Of a stretch of DNA of 55,690 bases, positions 15,601-24,964 are shown in pieces; within the stretch, counting starts at the first letter, position 1; the number at the start of each line of letters is the position of its first letter. Made by a program: the position numbers and the translations under genes. The stretch lies in the NCBI GenBank assembly GCA_964576475.1, contig CAZNVG010000005.1:1-55690 (forward strand), given 5' to 3'. The notes beneath the pieces are model-generated. The model was not told the DNA's origin and did not search any database. It was given only the letters and a program-made list of their open reading frames with translations. This stretch comes from an uncultured Candidatus Saccharibacteria bacterium (GTDB lineage Bacteria > Patescibacteriota > Saccharimonadia > Saccharimonadales > CAZNVG01).

Positions 15601-18600
15601 GAAACCTTGGCTCTCACCGGCGTTGTTTGAGCCATAACCAGAACCTATTAAGAGTGGGATGTTTGTGTCGGTTGTGTTTGAGCTTCCTCCAGATGCTTCT
15701 TGGGTGCCATCTATATACAGCTTTGACACTCCACTACCTGAGCTTGCTGCAAAGTGGTGCCATCCGTTATCAAAGCTCGTTGTAGTCGACTCGAGGTAGG
15801 TGTTGTCACCCATTGACCAAACTGAAGCGTCAAAGTCGACCGTGGTGCCTGTTCCAGCATACAATTTGCCCTTAAAAGGAGTGAGTGTGGAAACTCCTTC
15901 TATAGTATTTGCTGCCCAAGCACCATTTAGCCCATCGCCAGCTACTTGCGACCAGCTCGTTCCGTCATAACGCCATACGTCGCCGCTACCAGCGCTAGTG
16001 ATTCCCGTACCTACATAAAGTAGGCCATTATAGACCGCCATTGAACTTATTCGAGAATAGGTGCCATCCGCCCAGCTTCCCCCTGCTGACGCTCCGCCAA
16101 CCTTAGACCACGTACTGCCGTTCCACTTCCACACGGCGCTGTTTGTTGTATTAAGTTCCGCTACCCCTGCATATAAGTTACCATTGTACGAAGCGAGCGC
16201 TCCTACGGCATCTGATACAGATGCGTCCCAGCCACCATTTAAATTAGTCCCACCACCAATCTGTGTCCAGGTGCTGCCGTTCCAGCACCAGACCCCGCTA
16301 AAGCCAGGAGTAGATACAAGCTCAACACCGGCACATATTTGATTATTAAACACTGTCAATGCAGGTACATTTCGAATAGTAGTCGACCACCCATTATTTA
16401 GGCCATCGCCTCCAATCTGTGTCCAGGTACTCCCAGTGAGACGCCACAAGTCTCCAGCATGCAAGCTCGTGCGACCTGTGCCGACATATAAGCTGTCACC
16501 GAGAACCGCCATACTGCTTACCGTGTCATTTCCCGGCCAGCTGCCGTTCAGTCCATCACCTGCTTCCTTCGTCCAACTCGATCCATTCCAGCTCCACAGT
16601 TCAGCATCCAGGGCGTTCCAACCAAGTCCTACATATAGCTTCCCTTTATAAGAGATCATCGAATCAACGGTTTCATAAGTATTTGCTGCCCAGCTACCGT
16701 TTAGGCCTCCGCCTCCAATTCGGGTGGCAGTTGCACCGTTGTATTCATACACTTCAACCGCAGAAGCTACCGTGCCGACACCAAAATATAGTTTGCTATT
16801 GTGTACCGCGCTACTGCCCACGGAACCTATTCGAGCCCCACCCCAACCGCCATTGAGAAACTTTCCACCTATCTGTGTCCAGTTGCCAGTTCCCGACCAT
16901 TCGTAGAAAAAAGAGCCGATATTTGTCGACCAAGCACCTGAGTAAACTTTTGAGTTAGCTACAACAACGGGGCTTGCAATAGAGGAAGACCAAGACCCGT
17001 TAACTGAGCCTCCAGCCACCTGTGTCCACGTAGAGCCGTTCCAGCGCCACAGACCGGCGCCTGAGTTATATAATCCGGCATACAAATATGTTCCGTCCCA
17101 TACCATGGTAGCTATTTCATTTGCCTGGCCACCACCACCCCAACTTCCATTTAGACTAGATCCACCTATCTGTGTCCACGTAGAGCCGTTCCAACGATAA
17201 ATCAAACCATCACCACTGCCAGACCCCATACCGGCATACAAATATGTTCCGTCCCATACCATTGATCGAACGTATTCAAATGTCGTAGTCCAGCTCCCAC
17301 TCAAACCGTCGCCACCTATTTGAGACCAGGTGGTGCCGTTGAACCTCCAGACCTCGGCTTCTGTTGCGGTGTCGCCAAGGCCTGCATACAGGTAGGTACC
17401 GTCACTTGCGAGTGAACGAACAGACTCATATCCTGTATTCCAACTACTGTTCACTGCCGTACCGCCAACTTGCGTCCAGGAAGACCCTCCGTTATATTTC
17501 CATACTAGACCGTCGTTGCCGGTTATGCCGGTACCGATATACAGGGAGCCGCTATGTACAACCATGCTCTGTATAGACTCGATAGTTGATGATGGGCCGT
17601 TGTTGTCGCCACCGATTTTTGACCAACTACTACAGCTATCAGCAAGATTGCACGTCCATATTTCGCCATCTCCTGCAGTAGTTCCAAGTCCGGCATAGAG
17701 CGCGGTACCGTTCACTGCAAGCGTTGTAACTTCTTCGTACGTTTGGTCTGCCCAGCTCCCGCTGACGCCGTCGCCTCCTATTTGACTCCATGCTGTGCCG
17801 TTCCATTTCCATACCTCGGCATCGCCCACCGCCTGACCCAGCCCCGTATAAATATCGCTTCCATATGATGTTGCTGCGGTTGTAGCGTAGTGGCCGTGCG
17901 TCCAGCTCCCGTTCAGACCGTTTCCGAGACGTCGAGTCCAGCTATTGCCTGCACTTGAATTAGTTGCTTCGTACGTTAGTTTTCCGCTGGATCTATCTAG
18001 GCCGACTTTGTAGTTGCCCTTATCAAGAATTGTCATGTTCTGACCTGAACTTGAGTTGAAAGTGGCGGTAGGTTTAAACCAGCCCTCGAGCGAGTGTTGG
18101 CCTGTGAAAGAGAGGCTGCTAGAGTCTGGGACGCTAATCTGCTGAGATGTTCCATCTAAAGTAGCTGCGTTATTCATGTTGCCAGCACCCCACGTTGGTG
18201 ACGTGTTTGCCGTAGCGGTGTTATTGTTGCTCGAACTATCTGTAATTGAGGTGCCGCTCGACTCATTCATATGGAAAAGCGCGGCTGTGTCTGCGTCATT
18301 CGTGTATTCCTGAGCCTTCAAGCGGGCAGATGTGCCACTCGTCTCTATGCCGCTGTCCAGCGTGAAATCGCTCGGTGTGCCGAAGTCCCAGTTATTTGAG
18401 AGGTCGGCTGCAAAGACGACGCTAACAGAGTTGAAAACGATCAGACCAACCAAGAATAAATGCGCACTAAGTGCAGCGACGTGAACATGCTTGTGAAACC
18501 GCCATGTGTGCCATCTGCTGTAGTGCTGGCTCTTTTGCATGAGCGCTTCGTGAGGGCGAACCGCAATATGATAATGAGTTGTTTTAGCGACGCGTTTACT

Positions 18601-18717
18601 GAGGTGAGCGGTCTTTTTGGCAGCGCGAATTCCATGACGAGCAGTATGCTTTGCCGCCTTGCGTGCGATGGTACCGCTGTTTCGTGCTAGTTCACGAACA
18701 GGTTTTGTTTTCCTCAC
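12619..18717 (-). CDS. Giant surface protein A (2032 aa): LamG domain with 14 inserted WxxIGG repeats, then FN3/Ig-like repeats
   Basis: Long basic/His-rich N-terminus plus TM. LamG halves (LFHMNESSG..SLEGWFKP / WHHFA..KLYIDG..GSLDEIRLSN) flank ~50-aa WTQIGG repeats. FN3-like modules follow (YYFKARWTDEDGN, YFYKI). C-terminal amphipathic helix. Confidence 0.85.
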   Translation of the reverse strand: MRKTKPVRELARNSGTIARKAAKHTARHGIRAAKKTAHLSKRVAKTTHYHIAVRPHEALMQKSQHYSRWHTWRFHKHVHVAALSAHLFLVGLIVFNSVSVVFAADLSNNWDFGTPSDFTLDSGIETSGTSARLKAQEYTNDADTAALFHMNESSGTSITDSSSNNNTATANTSPTWGAGNMNNAATLDGTSQQISVPDSSSLSFTGQHSLEGWFKPTATFNSSSGQNMTILDKGNYKVGLDRSSGKLTYEATNSSAGNSWTRRLGNGLNGSWTHGHYATTAATSYGSDIYTGLGQAVGDAEVWKWNGTAWSQIGGDGVSGSWADQTYEEVTTLAVNGTALYAGLGTTAGDGEIWTCNLADSCSSWSKIGGDNNGPSSTIESIQSMVVHSGSLYIGTGITGNDGLVWKYNGGSSWTQVGGTAVNSSWNTGYESVRSLASDGTYLYAGLGDTATEAEVWRFNGTTWSQIGGDGLSGSWTTTFEYVRSMVWDGTYLYAGMGSGSGDGLIYRWNGSTWTQIGGSSLNGSWGGGGQANEIATMVWDGTYLYAGLYNSGAGLWRWNGSTWTQVAGGSVNGSWSSSIASPVVVANSKVYSGAWSTNIGSFFYEWSGTGNWTQIGGKFLNGGWGGARIGSVGSSAVHNSKLYFGVGTVASAVEVYEYNGATATRIGGGGLNGSWAANTYETVDSMISYKGKLYVGLGWNALDAELWSWNGSSWTKEAGDGLNGSWPGNDTVSSMAVLGDSLYVGTGRTSLHAGDLWRLTGSTWTQIGGDGLNNGWSTTIRNVPALTVFNNQICAGVELVSTPGFSGVWCWNGSTWTQIGGGTNLNGGWDASVSDAVGALASYNGNLYAGVAELNTTNSAVWKWNGSTWSKVGGASAGGSWADGTYSRISSMAVYNGLLYVGTGITSAGSGDVWRYDGTSWSQVAGDGLNGAWAANTIEGVSTLTPFKGKLYAGTGTTVDFDASVWSMGDNTYLESTTTSFDNGWHHFAASSGSGVSKLYIDGTQEASGGSSNTTDTNIPLLIGSGYGSNNAGESQGFFAGSLDEIRLSNSARSSFTTKPYANTAQSIVLNSAVRTTGVDHWDGLAASETANGGTIKYRLSDDAGATWKYWTGSAWGASNSTSDTNTIATINTNIATFPVTFNGIKWQAVLTGDGTQRVQLDSVTLSATSDVNGPDTNATNITALKANAGSTLSSNDWTNGASPYFSWDAATDGGAGVLGYCLYLGQTASADPATTKGMLGTGTANTGGNCPFAVSSTNLDLATAGLLGTALSSSSDPYYLRIKAIDNAGNLFATAEQFQFRFDNTAPSNPGFISAPSGFLNSKAATLTWPTSGGQAASDNNSGVIGLQYRIGASGTWYGDSHNGSGNTSDLLNNDGSYDTVDPTDYDNLSDGINTIYFRTWDEAGNVTTNYVTAALKINTSGAPTPPQNLTADPSTNTTNEFSFDWDAPSTFNTTTGNADKLIYCYTVNTLPTVNSCNYTSQGQTSIGPGAYATQPGDNTFYVVGKDDFGAINYSSLASVTFTANTSAPGIPTNADVVDVSIKANSNWRLAITWDQPSSLGAGIAQYRVMRSTDNSNFTQIGTSTSASYVDTGLSQQEYFYKVKACDSANNCGAESTVVSETPTGKFTAPATQTSDAVVSEITTKRATIAWNTDRASDSKIQIGTTSGEYSASEIGNSSQVSAHKLELDNLAAGTTYYFKARWTDEDGNTGTSQEYTFTTAPAPVLKEVQSLKVNLSGATIQFTVKDAVKVNFIYGKSDSFGGVKTINTSMSESTYSTSLDGLDDGTKYFYKIIMFDSEGGEYQSSIFSLTTPQRPRIANLRFQPVAGEPTSTQQITWSTNIPTNSIVTYGKSGSNGIDVSLNELKTSHEMIIKGLEDNSEYFLLAQGRDADGNLAASDRQSFKTALDTRPPKVTAITIEPTVRGSGAEARGQIVVSWKTDEPSTSQVAFAEGSNATEFNSRTAEDAALTTDHIVIISDLPTSKVYTIKPISKDRSGNAGQGESQPSIIGRASDSVLNIVLNTLRKVFGF

Positions 18718-18818
18718 TATGTAGTTTCCTCGAATATTTCTCTAGTAAACCTCAAGATTAGTATAGCAAAAATAAGCATAACCAGTACAGAGAATAAGCA
18801 CTATATTATGTGTATGAA

Positions 18819-20069
18819 CTATTCAAATCGAAGTGCATCGATTGGATTGATGCGAGAAGCTCGGCGAGCAGGGAAGTACACCACAATAAGCCCTAGTACG
18901 CCACTTAGCACAATAACAGCCAGTAATAGGAGGGGTGGGAATGAGAAAGTGCTGACTTTCTCGGTGACACCGCGACTATGTGCGAATCGATTCAGGATGA
19001 AGTCAGCGACACTACCGAGCAAAAATGCCCCGATAATGCCGAGGATACCACCAAGCATAGAAAGCAGTAGCGATTCGACCACAAAGAGTCGTTTTACGTC
19101 ACGTTGTCGTGCGCCAAGAGAAATCATGAGACCTATCTCTCTTGTTCTTTCGAGCAGAGAAATCGTAAGGGTGTTAAACATACCTAAGATGGCAATTAAC
19201 ATTCCGATACCGCCAAAGCCTAGTAAGACAAATTTGAGAAGGGTGAATACTTGGTTAATTTGGTCAAGAGTATCAAGAGGAGATGAGGTCGAGAACCCAA
19301 GTGCTTCAATCTTCTTTCGCACATCAGGTATAGCGGTCTGGTCTTTTACGACTACTTTGACTTGTGAAGCCGCTGCCGAACCAGCATCTTGGAATATCTT
19401 TTGATTGATATAGAGTTCCGATCCTGCGCCACTATCAACAATGCCACTGATGGTAACTTCTTTTGAGACAGGCACCTTATCGCCAGCTTCATTCTCCGTA
19501 TTAAACGAAACAGATAGCTTCTTGCCAACAGCCGCTTGAAAATTATTTATACCTGTAGCGGATAACAGAGAAGTGTTAACAACTGCATTATCCAGCTTGT
19601 CAGATTGAAGCGACTCACCACTAACAAAGTTGAGCGAGCTGAGGTCCATGTATTCTTTGCTAGTGCCGTACACAACCGAATCTAGCTGAGCATTGTTAAC
19701 CTTCAGCTTACCGGCTGCAGTGTAGATTTGAGATATTTGATCTACTGATCCTACGGATTCTATGGATTCTACGTTGACATTTGAAAGCTTAAGAAGTTTA
19801 GAGCGAGCCGATGTAACATCAATTGTATTGACGGAATTTGACCCGATAACCTGACTACTGACAAGGTTCTGTAGACCAAAGGCGAAGGATATCAGAAACA
19901 CGACCGAGCCAATTCCGATGACGACACCTATGACAGTAAGGCTGGTTCGTAGTTTTTTAAATGATAGGTTCTTACGAGCAAGCCTAAACAATATGTGAAG
20001 CTGTACAACGCCGCCCTTGTCTTTCGTGAGTGTTGGCGCAACATTGGTGATTTTTGATTTTGTCGCCAT
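18819..20069 (-). CDS. MacB/FtsX-family ABC transporter permease (paralog 2)
   Basis: RTSLTVIGVVIGIGSV, MFNTLTISLLERTREIGLM, YFPARRASRINPIDALRFE. Confidence 0.93.
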   Translation of the reverse strand: MATKSKITNVAPTLTKDKGGVVQLHILFRLARKNLSFKKLRTSLTVIGVVIGIGSVVFLISFAFGLQNLVSSQVIGSNSVNTIDVTSARSKLLKLSNVNVESIESVGSVDQISQIYTAAGKLKVNNAQLDSVVYGTSKEYMDLSSLNFVSGESLQSDKLDNAVVNTSLLSATGINNFQAAVGKKLSVSFNTENEAGDKVPVSKEVTISGIVDSGAGSELYINQKIFQDAGSAAASQVKVVVKDQTAIPDVRKKIEALGFSTSSPLDTLDQINQVFTLLKFVLLGFGGIGMLIAILGMFNTLTISLLERTREIGLMISLGARQRDVKRLFVVESLLLSMLGGILGIIGAFLLGSVADFILNRFAHSRGVTEKVSTFSFPPLLLLAVIVLSGVLGLIVVYFPARRASRINPIDALRFE

Positions 20070-20818
20070 TACTTCTTGCCTTTCGAATCGACTGCCTTAA
20101 CGAACTCGTTACTTTCCTCTGGTAAGTAGCCGCCGGTGTCTTCCTTCACGATTCCGTCTTTGATAAATAGACGATGATCGCTGAGCGGTAGGTATTCTAG
20201 GTTGTGTGTAACTAGGACGATTGTTGAATTATTGTTGTTCTTAAATCCGGTGATGAGCTGCATGATATCGTCGCCGTTTTTACTATCTAGGTTTCCAGTT
20301 GGCTCATCGGCGACGAGTAGTTCAGGGGTTACGATGGATGCTCGTGCCATGGAGATACGTTGTTGCTGACCCGTTGAAAGCACCGAGGGGCGGTAACGGG
20401 CGTAAATGTCCAAGCCCACACGTTTCAAGCTCGCCATAGCTTGCTCTATAGCGCTCTCATGATTTACACCAGCGAGATACAGTGGCAGGGCGATGTTCTC
20501 GACGACACTTAGGCTGGTGATCCAGTTGTTGGTTTGGCTAACCATGCCAAAGTGGCGGGCGCGAAATTTTGCTCTCTCGTCTTGATTCATGGCGTATATA
20601 TCTACTCCGCCGACAAGTACACGCCCCTTGGTCGGTGGTAGCATTCCTAGAAGCATGTTGAGCACAGTTGTTTTACCACTACCACTGGGTCCGTATATGA
20701 TCGAGAAACTATTTGTTGCGATCTCAAAGTTGACGTCTTTTAAAACGGTCACAAGGCTATCTTGTGCCTGAAACGATACGCTCACGTTGTCAAATTGAAT
20801 GATTGGTCTTGTTGCCAT
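20069..20818 (-). CDS. LolD/MacB-type ABC transporter ATP-binding protein (paralog 2)
   Basis: GPSGSGKTT, variant signature LSTGQQQR, LVADEPTGNLD, VTHN. TAATG overlaps at both ends. Confidence 0.95.
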   Translation of the reverse strand: MATRPIIQFDNVSVSFQAQDSLVTVLKDVNFEIATNSFSIIYGPSGSGKTTVLNMLLGMLPPTKGRVLVGGVDIYAMNQDERAKFRARHFGMVSQTNNWITSLSVVENIALPLYLAGVNHESAIEQAMASLKRVGLDIYARYRPSVLSTGQQQRISMARASIVTPELLVADEPTGNLDSKNGDDIMQLITGFKNNNNSTIVLVTHNLEYLPLSDHRLFIKDGIVKEDTGGYLPEESNEFVKAVDSKGKK

Positions 20819-23800
20819 TAGTTTCCGATCCCGAATATTTTTTGTAGAGCACTATAAATAATGCTAAATACATTTTCCGAGCCTCTTCCGATTATAGCAG
20901 TTATGCTTTCCGACTCACTGCTATTTCCACTCCTATCCCCAGAAACTGCTCGTATTTGGTAAATACTAGATGTCGGTATATCCGACACAACAACAGTATG
21001 CTCGAGCGATAGCCGAGCATCCTCTGCTGTTCTGTTGGTCAAATCGCCACCTTCACCTTGTCCAAATGCTACCTGAGAAGTTGCTGGTTCGTCTGTCTTC
21101 CATGACACAATGATCTGCCCACGTGCTTGTCCACCATTGCCTCGTACACTTGTCTCGATGCTGACGTCGCTAATCTTTGGTGGTCGTGTATCCAGTGCCG
21201 TATGGAATGTCTGTGTATCTGACGTAGCAGTGTTACCAGCACTATCTCGAGATGTAGCCACAAGGGTATAGTCGGTGTCATCTTCTAGTCCCCGAATAGT
21301 CAGGGTGTGTTCGGTGGTGAGGGTGGAGCTGAGTAATTCTGTTGATTTTCCTCCCACTGGTCCATAGGCTATTGCGCTCGTAGAAGCTACGTTTGTATTC
21401 CAGCTCACCTGCAAAGTACTACTCGGTTCTCCTTCAATAGGCTGGAAGCGGAGATTATTAATGCGTGGGCGAGCAAGAGTTGTGAATGTATATGTGTTGC
21501 CAGGGTACTCGTTGCCGTCCGAATCTACGCCATTAATCCTAAAGACATACTTTGTGCCGTCCGATAACTCGCTGAGCGGTATTGAGTAGGTCGATTCTCG
21601 ACTCGCTGTATTTATGGATTTTGAGCCACCGAAGTTAGTGTCGCGACCAAAGTACACGTTCACCTTGCTGGCGTCCTTCGAGCGGAAGTTGATGCTTGCT
21701 GAAGTGATAGAAATGTCAGTAGGCTGTACTTCGCTAATGCTAGGCGGTGGGGCGGTGCGTAGGGTGCGCTCGCCAGATTGGCCAGTGTTTCCGTCTGTGT
21801 CTGTCCATTTTGTGACGAAGTAGTAGGTAGTGTCAGGTTGAAGATTTGACAATGTGACAGCGTGGTTTGAGACCTGAGAGGAGTTGCCGACTTCTTCAGA
21901 GAAGTATTGTCCTGGGCTTGTGCCGTAGGCGACTTTTGAATCGCTTTCACGATCTGTAAACCAGTAGACTGTAGCATTTTTAGTGCCAATGTCCTTAACT
22001 TTAGGCTGGTCAGTGTCTGCCGTTAATTTAGCTGGTTCCGTGAAGCGGCCAGTTGGTCTCATCTCTACGGTGTTGCTCGGTGCGCTACAACTGTTGGCGT
22101 TATCACAAGCCTTAACTCTGTAATAGTAGAGAACCTGATCGAGTCCCGAGTCGATGAAGCTGGTGTTGCTCGCTGAGGTACTTCCTACTTCAGTAAACGT
22201 ACTATTGTCAGTTGATCGGTATATCTTGTAGGAGTCGATGCCGCTACCTGGTAGCGACGGTGCAGTCCAGCTCATTGCAAGCTTCCAGCTGCTCGTCGCC
22301 CGAGTAGACACATCGGAGATATCGAGATCCTGCGGGACACCTGGCGCCGATGTGTTCGTTGTGAATGTGATCGATGTGCTTTGTGAACCATCGAAGTTGC
22401 CAGTGATGTCCTTGGTTGCAATGTAGAGTGTGTTTAGTCCTTGTTGCGTGGCATACGCGCCAGCTGCCAACTGGTAGATTCCTTTGCCGGTCCAGTTACA
22501 GTTACTCCCGTTTGAGGCGATAGTGACGTTTACGGTCCAACAATATTCAATGTCGTTTACTGAGCCGAAACGGGTAGTTGGTGGATCCCAAGTAAATGAG
22601 AAGGAATTTTCATTGTTGGATGTAGGTGTGACGTCAAGATTCTCTGGAGGTCCAGTTGCGGCCTGGGTTATGATAACGATTCCTTCAGCACCACCTCCTG
22701 TAGTCACATTACCAGCATTATCAACCCCAATAATTTTGACCATGTTCGCGAAGGCTACTTGATCATCTAGTCTGTCGGCGTCAGCGATACTGGTCGTAAT
22801 TTCTCCGGCCGCAAAGGGAAATACGTCGGTTGGGTCGTTAGCCCGGCCGCTCGTGTGTAACGCACCATAGAAGTTCTGGTCGCTATTTGGGTCACAGCCG
22901 CTAAATCCAAGGAGAGCATTGGATACGCAGTACTTTAGCCCTGCAGCGCCAGAGTAGTTGTCGAAGAATTGTGCGCCTGATATCGTAAGCCAACTACCAG
23001 TGAAAATCTTAGAGTTTGTTGCTAAAGGAAGGCTGAACACTGTCCCTAGTTGAGGGGGTTCATTGTCGTATTTGAAACTGGCCACTGCACCATCACCCAG
23101 ATTTCCGCTCGCATCTATTGCCTTAATGATTACGAAATACTCGTTACCGTTCTGCAGTGAACCATTAACGATTGCAGCAACATCGAGGTCCTGATCGGTC
23201 TGTGCATAGTGACACGCTCCTTGAGTATTGAGGTTGCTCTGATACGAAATAACTCCGGATGTCGTCGATAGATCAGGGTTGCTGTCGGTTCCAACGTATA
23301 AACAGTAACCAGCGATACCGGATTCTCCGTTATCTGTAGCTGCATCCCACGATACTATTGGGTAGGCGTTCGTAAAGCCCCCATCGCTTATAAATTGGCC
23401 ACTGAGTCCGTTTTTCTCCATGACGATATTAGTCGGTGCGTTCGGTGCTTGAGTGTCTACAATATAATTGAGTGAAATAGATTGTAGCTTGATTTCGGTT
23501 GCATCGTCAGCGCTGAGCATTACCATGTATTGGACGTAGCGTCTGCTGTTGTATAGGCAGCTATTATCAGAAAGTACCGATGTGCCAGAAGGTATGTTTG
23601 AGCAGAAATAGTATCCGCTCGCATTGATCATGCCGGCGTCATCGGCGGTACGATAGAGTACGACACTGTCGCCTGTGCCACTGATGGTGTAGTTAGTAAC
23701 GCCGTATAGCGCAGGACCGCCCGTATCAATAACTCTTGACGTTAAATATCCAGATCGTCCACCGACATGCTCAACTAGGCCGTACGCGGCAAAGTTTACG

Positions 23801-24963
23801 TTTGTGGTTGTGACAGTCATGTTTCCGACATAGAGAGTGCCGTTTGCGCTACCGTTCCATGCAGCGGCGTACGCCTTAAAGTCTTCCGTATTTGCATTAG
23901 TGGCGGGGTAGCTTGCGACTTGGCTGAAGTTTTTGCCCTCGTCGGTACTGTAATAGAAATCATGATTTCCGTTACTTCGTGCCAATACGCGCATAGTGTA
24001 GGTTGTGCCAATCTGAAATGTATTCACCGATGCAGGTGTTGAATGGGTGTCTTGGTATGTTGATGCGTCGATATAACTAGAACAATCACTAGCATTTCCG
24101 CCGCTGTTTATCTCATAGAACTTGTTGTTGGTTGTCGCCAATACGCCAGTTGACCATGAGAACTTATTGCTACATTCATAGCCTTCCCAGCGAGCGTCGA
24201 ACTGGTAGACCCTATCAACGGTTCTATCGAAGGTGGCCGTGGTGTATATCTCGTCAGCGTTATTACTTGTCTCAGGATCAAGAGCGATGAAGCCATTATT
24301 GAACGTGTAGCTGGGTGCCGTGGCCGATAGGTCGGCAGTAGACTCATTATCAAAGTTATCGGCGAACGGCACCGCAGAGCGGCTTGATAGGCTTGAGGCG
24401 GCTGGGTTGCCGAAATACATTGTGGCTGTGTACGCCCCGGCGGTCGTAACGTCCTCTAGGGTCAGCCAGACGCGTGCATGGTCTGAATCAGTTTTATCGA
24501 GCAAGTAAAAGGGGAGTTCAGTTCCATTATTCACAATAAAGCGAAGGTCAGAGAAGTCGGATTTCATTTCCGGCCGATAATCTATATGCAGTAAAACAGA
24601 TGGGTTAGGAACTACTTCGCCTACTGCCAAGTGGACTTCTTGTCGCCTCGTCCAGTCGGTCGTGCAGTTTGCGGTGTTACACCAGTTAGAGATTGGTGTG
24701 TTTCCTAGAACGGCTTCGCCCGAGCTGGTATCTATGTTCTCTGAAGATGCGTATTGATCATTAGCAGTTCCAGTGCCCCCCGACCAATCGTTCTGCGTAA
24801 AGGTGGATGCAAGCGCCTTGTTTCCCGGTGTAGCGAACACAAGCACCAAACAGAGGGTTATTGTAAACAGGCTACTAAATCCAAGAAAGGAGCGGCTTTG
24901 ACGTGCGTCTGAACGAATACGTCGCGCTCGTTTGAGAATGGTGTCTTTTTGGATTTTTTTCAT
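20818..24963 (-). CDS. Giant surface protein B (1381 aa): DUF2341-like domain plus FN3/Ig-like repeats
   Basis: Signal/TM, FTQNDWSGG, WTRRQEV..DFSDLRF..LPFYL..VWL..MYFGNP (DUF2341-like), FN3-like modules, tail NVFSIIYSALQKIFGIGN. Confidence 0.85.
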   Translation of the reverse strand: MKKIQKDTILKRARRIRSDARQSRSFLGFSSLFTITLCLVLVFATPGNKALASTFTQNDWSGGTGTANDQYASSENIDTSSGEAVLGNTPISNWCNTANCTTDWTRRQEVHLAVGEVVPNPSVLLHIDYRPEMKSDFSDLRFIVNNGTELPFYLLDKTDSDHARVWLTLEDVTTAGAYTATMYFGNPAASSLSSRSAVPFADNFDNESTADLSATAPSYTFNNGFIALDPETSNNADEIYTTATFDRTVDRVYQFDARWEGYECSNKFSWSTGVLATTNNKFYEINSGGNASDCSSYIDASTYQDTHSTPASVNTFQIGTTYTMRVLARSNGNHDFYYSTDEGKNFSQVASYPATNANTEDFKAYAAAWNGSANGTLYVGNMTVTTTNVNFAAYGLVEHVGGRSGYLTSRVIDTGGPALYGVTNYTISGTGDSVVLYRTADDAGMINASGYYFCSNIPSGTSVLSDNSCLYNSRRYVQYMVMLSADDATEIKLQSISLNYIVDTQAPNAPTNIVMEKNGLSGQFISDGGFTNAYPIVSWDAATDNGESGIAGYCLYVGTDSNPDLSTTSGVISYQSNLNTQGACHYAQTDQDLDVAAIVNGSLQNGNEYFVIIKAIDASGNLGDGAVASFKYDNEPPQLGTVFSLPLATNSKIFTGSWLTISGAQFFDNYSGAAGLKYCVSNALLGFSGCDPNSDQNFYGALHTSGRANDPTDVFPFAAGEITTSIADADRLDDQVAFANMVKIIGVDNAGNVTTGGGAEGIVIITQAATGPPENLDVTPTSNNENSFSFTWDPPTTRFGSVNDIEYCWTVNVTIASNGSNCNWTGKGIYQLAAGAYATQQGLNTLYIATKDITGNFDGSQSTSITFTTNTSAPGVPQDLDISDVSTRATSSWKLAMSWTAPSLPGSGIDSYKIYRSTDNSTFTEVGSTSASNTSFIDSGLDQVLYYYRVKACDNANSCSAPSNTVEMRPTGRFTEPAKLTADTDQPKVKDIGTKNATVYWFTDRESDSKVAYGTSPGQYFSEEVGNSSQVSNHAVTLSNLQPDTTYYFVTKWTDTDGNTGQSGERTLRTAPPPSISEVQPTDISITSASINFRSKDASKVNVYFGRDTNFGGSKSINTASRESTYSIPLSELSDGTKYVFRINGVDSDGNEYPGNTYTFTTLARPRINNLRFQPIEGEPSSTLQVSWNTNVASTSAIAYGPVGGKSTELLSSTLTTEHTLTIRGLEDDTDYTLVATSRDSAGNTATSDTQTFHTALDTRPPKISDVSIETSVRGNGGQARGQIIVSWKTDEPATSQVAFGQGEGGDLTNRTAEDARLSLEHTVVVSDIPTSSIYQIRAVSGDRSGNSSESESITAIIGRGSENVFSIIYSALQKIFGIGN
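20921..21331. repeat. 411-bp near-identical repeat (3' end of giant gene B)
   Basis: Matches 25068-25478 base for base apart from one synonymous difference (21292 C vs 25439 A). Confidence 0.95.
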
Positions 24964-24964
24964 G

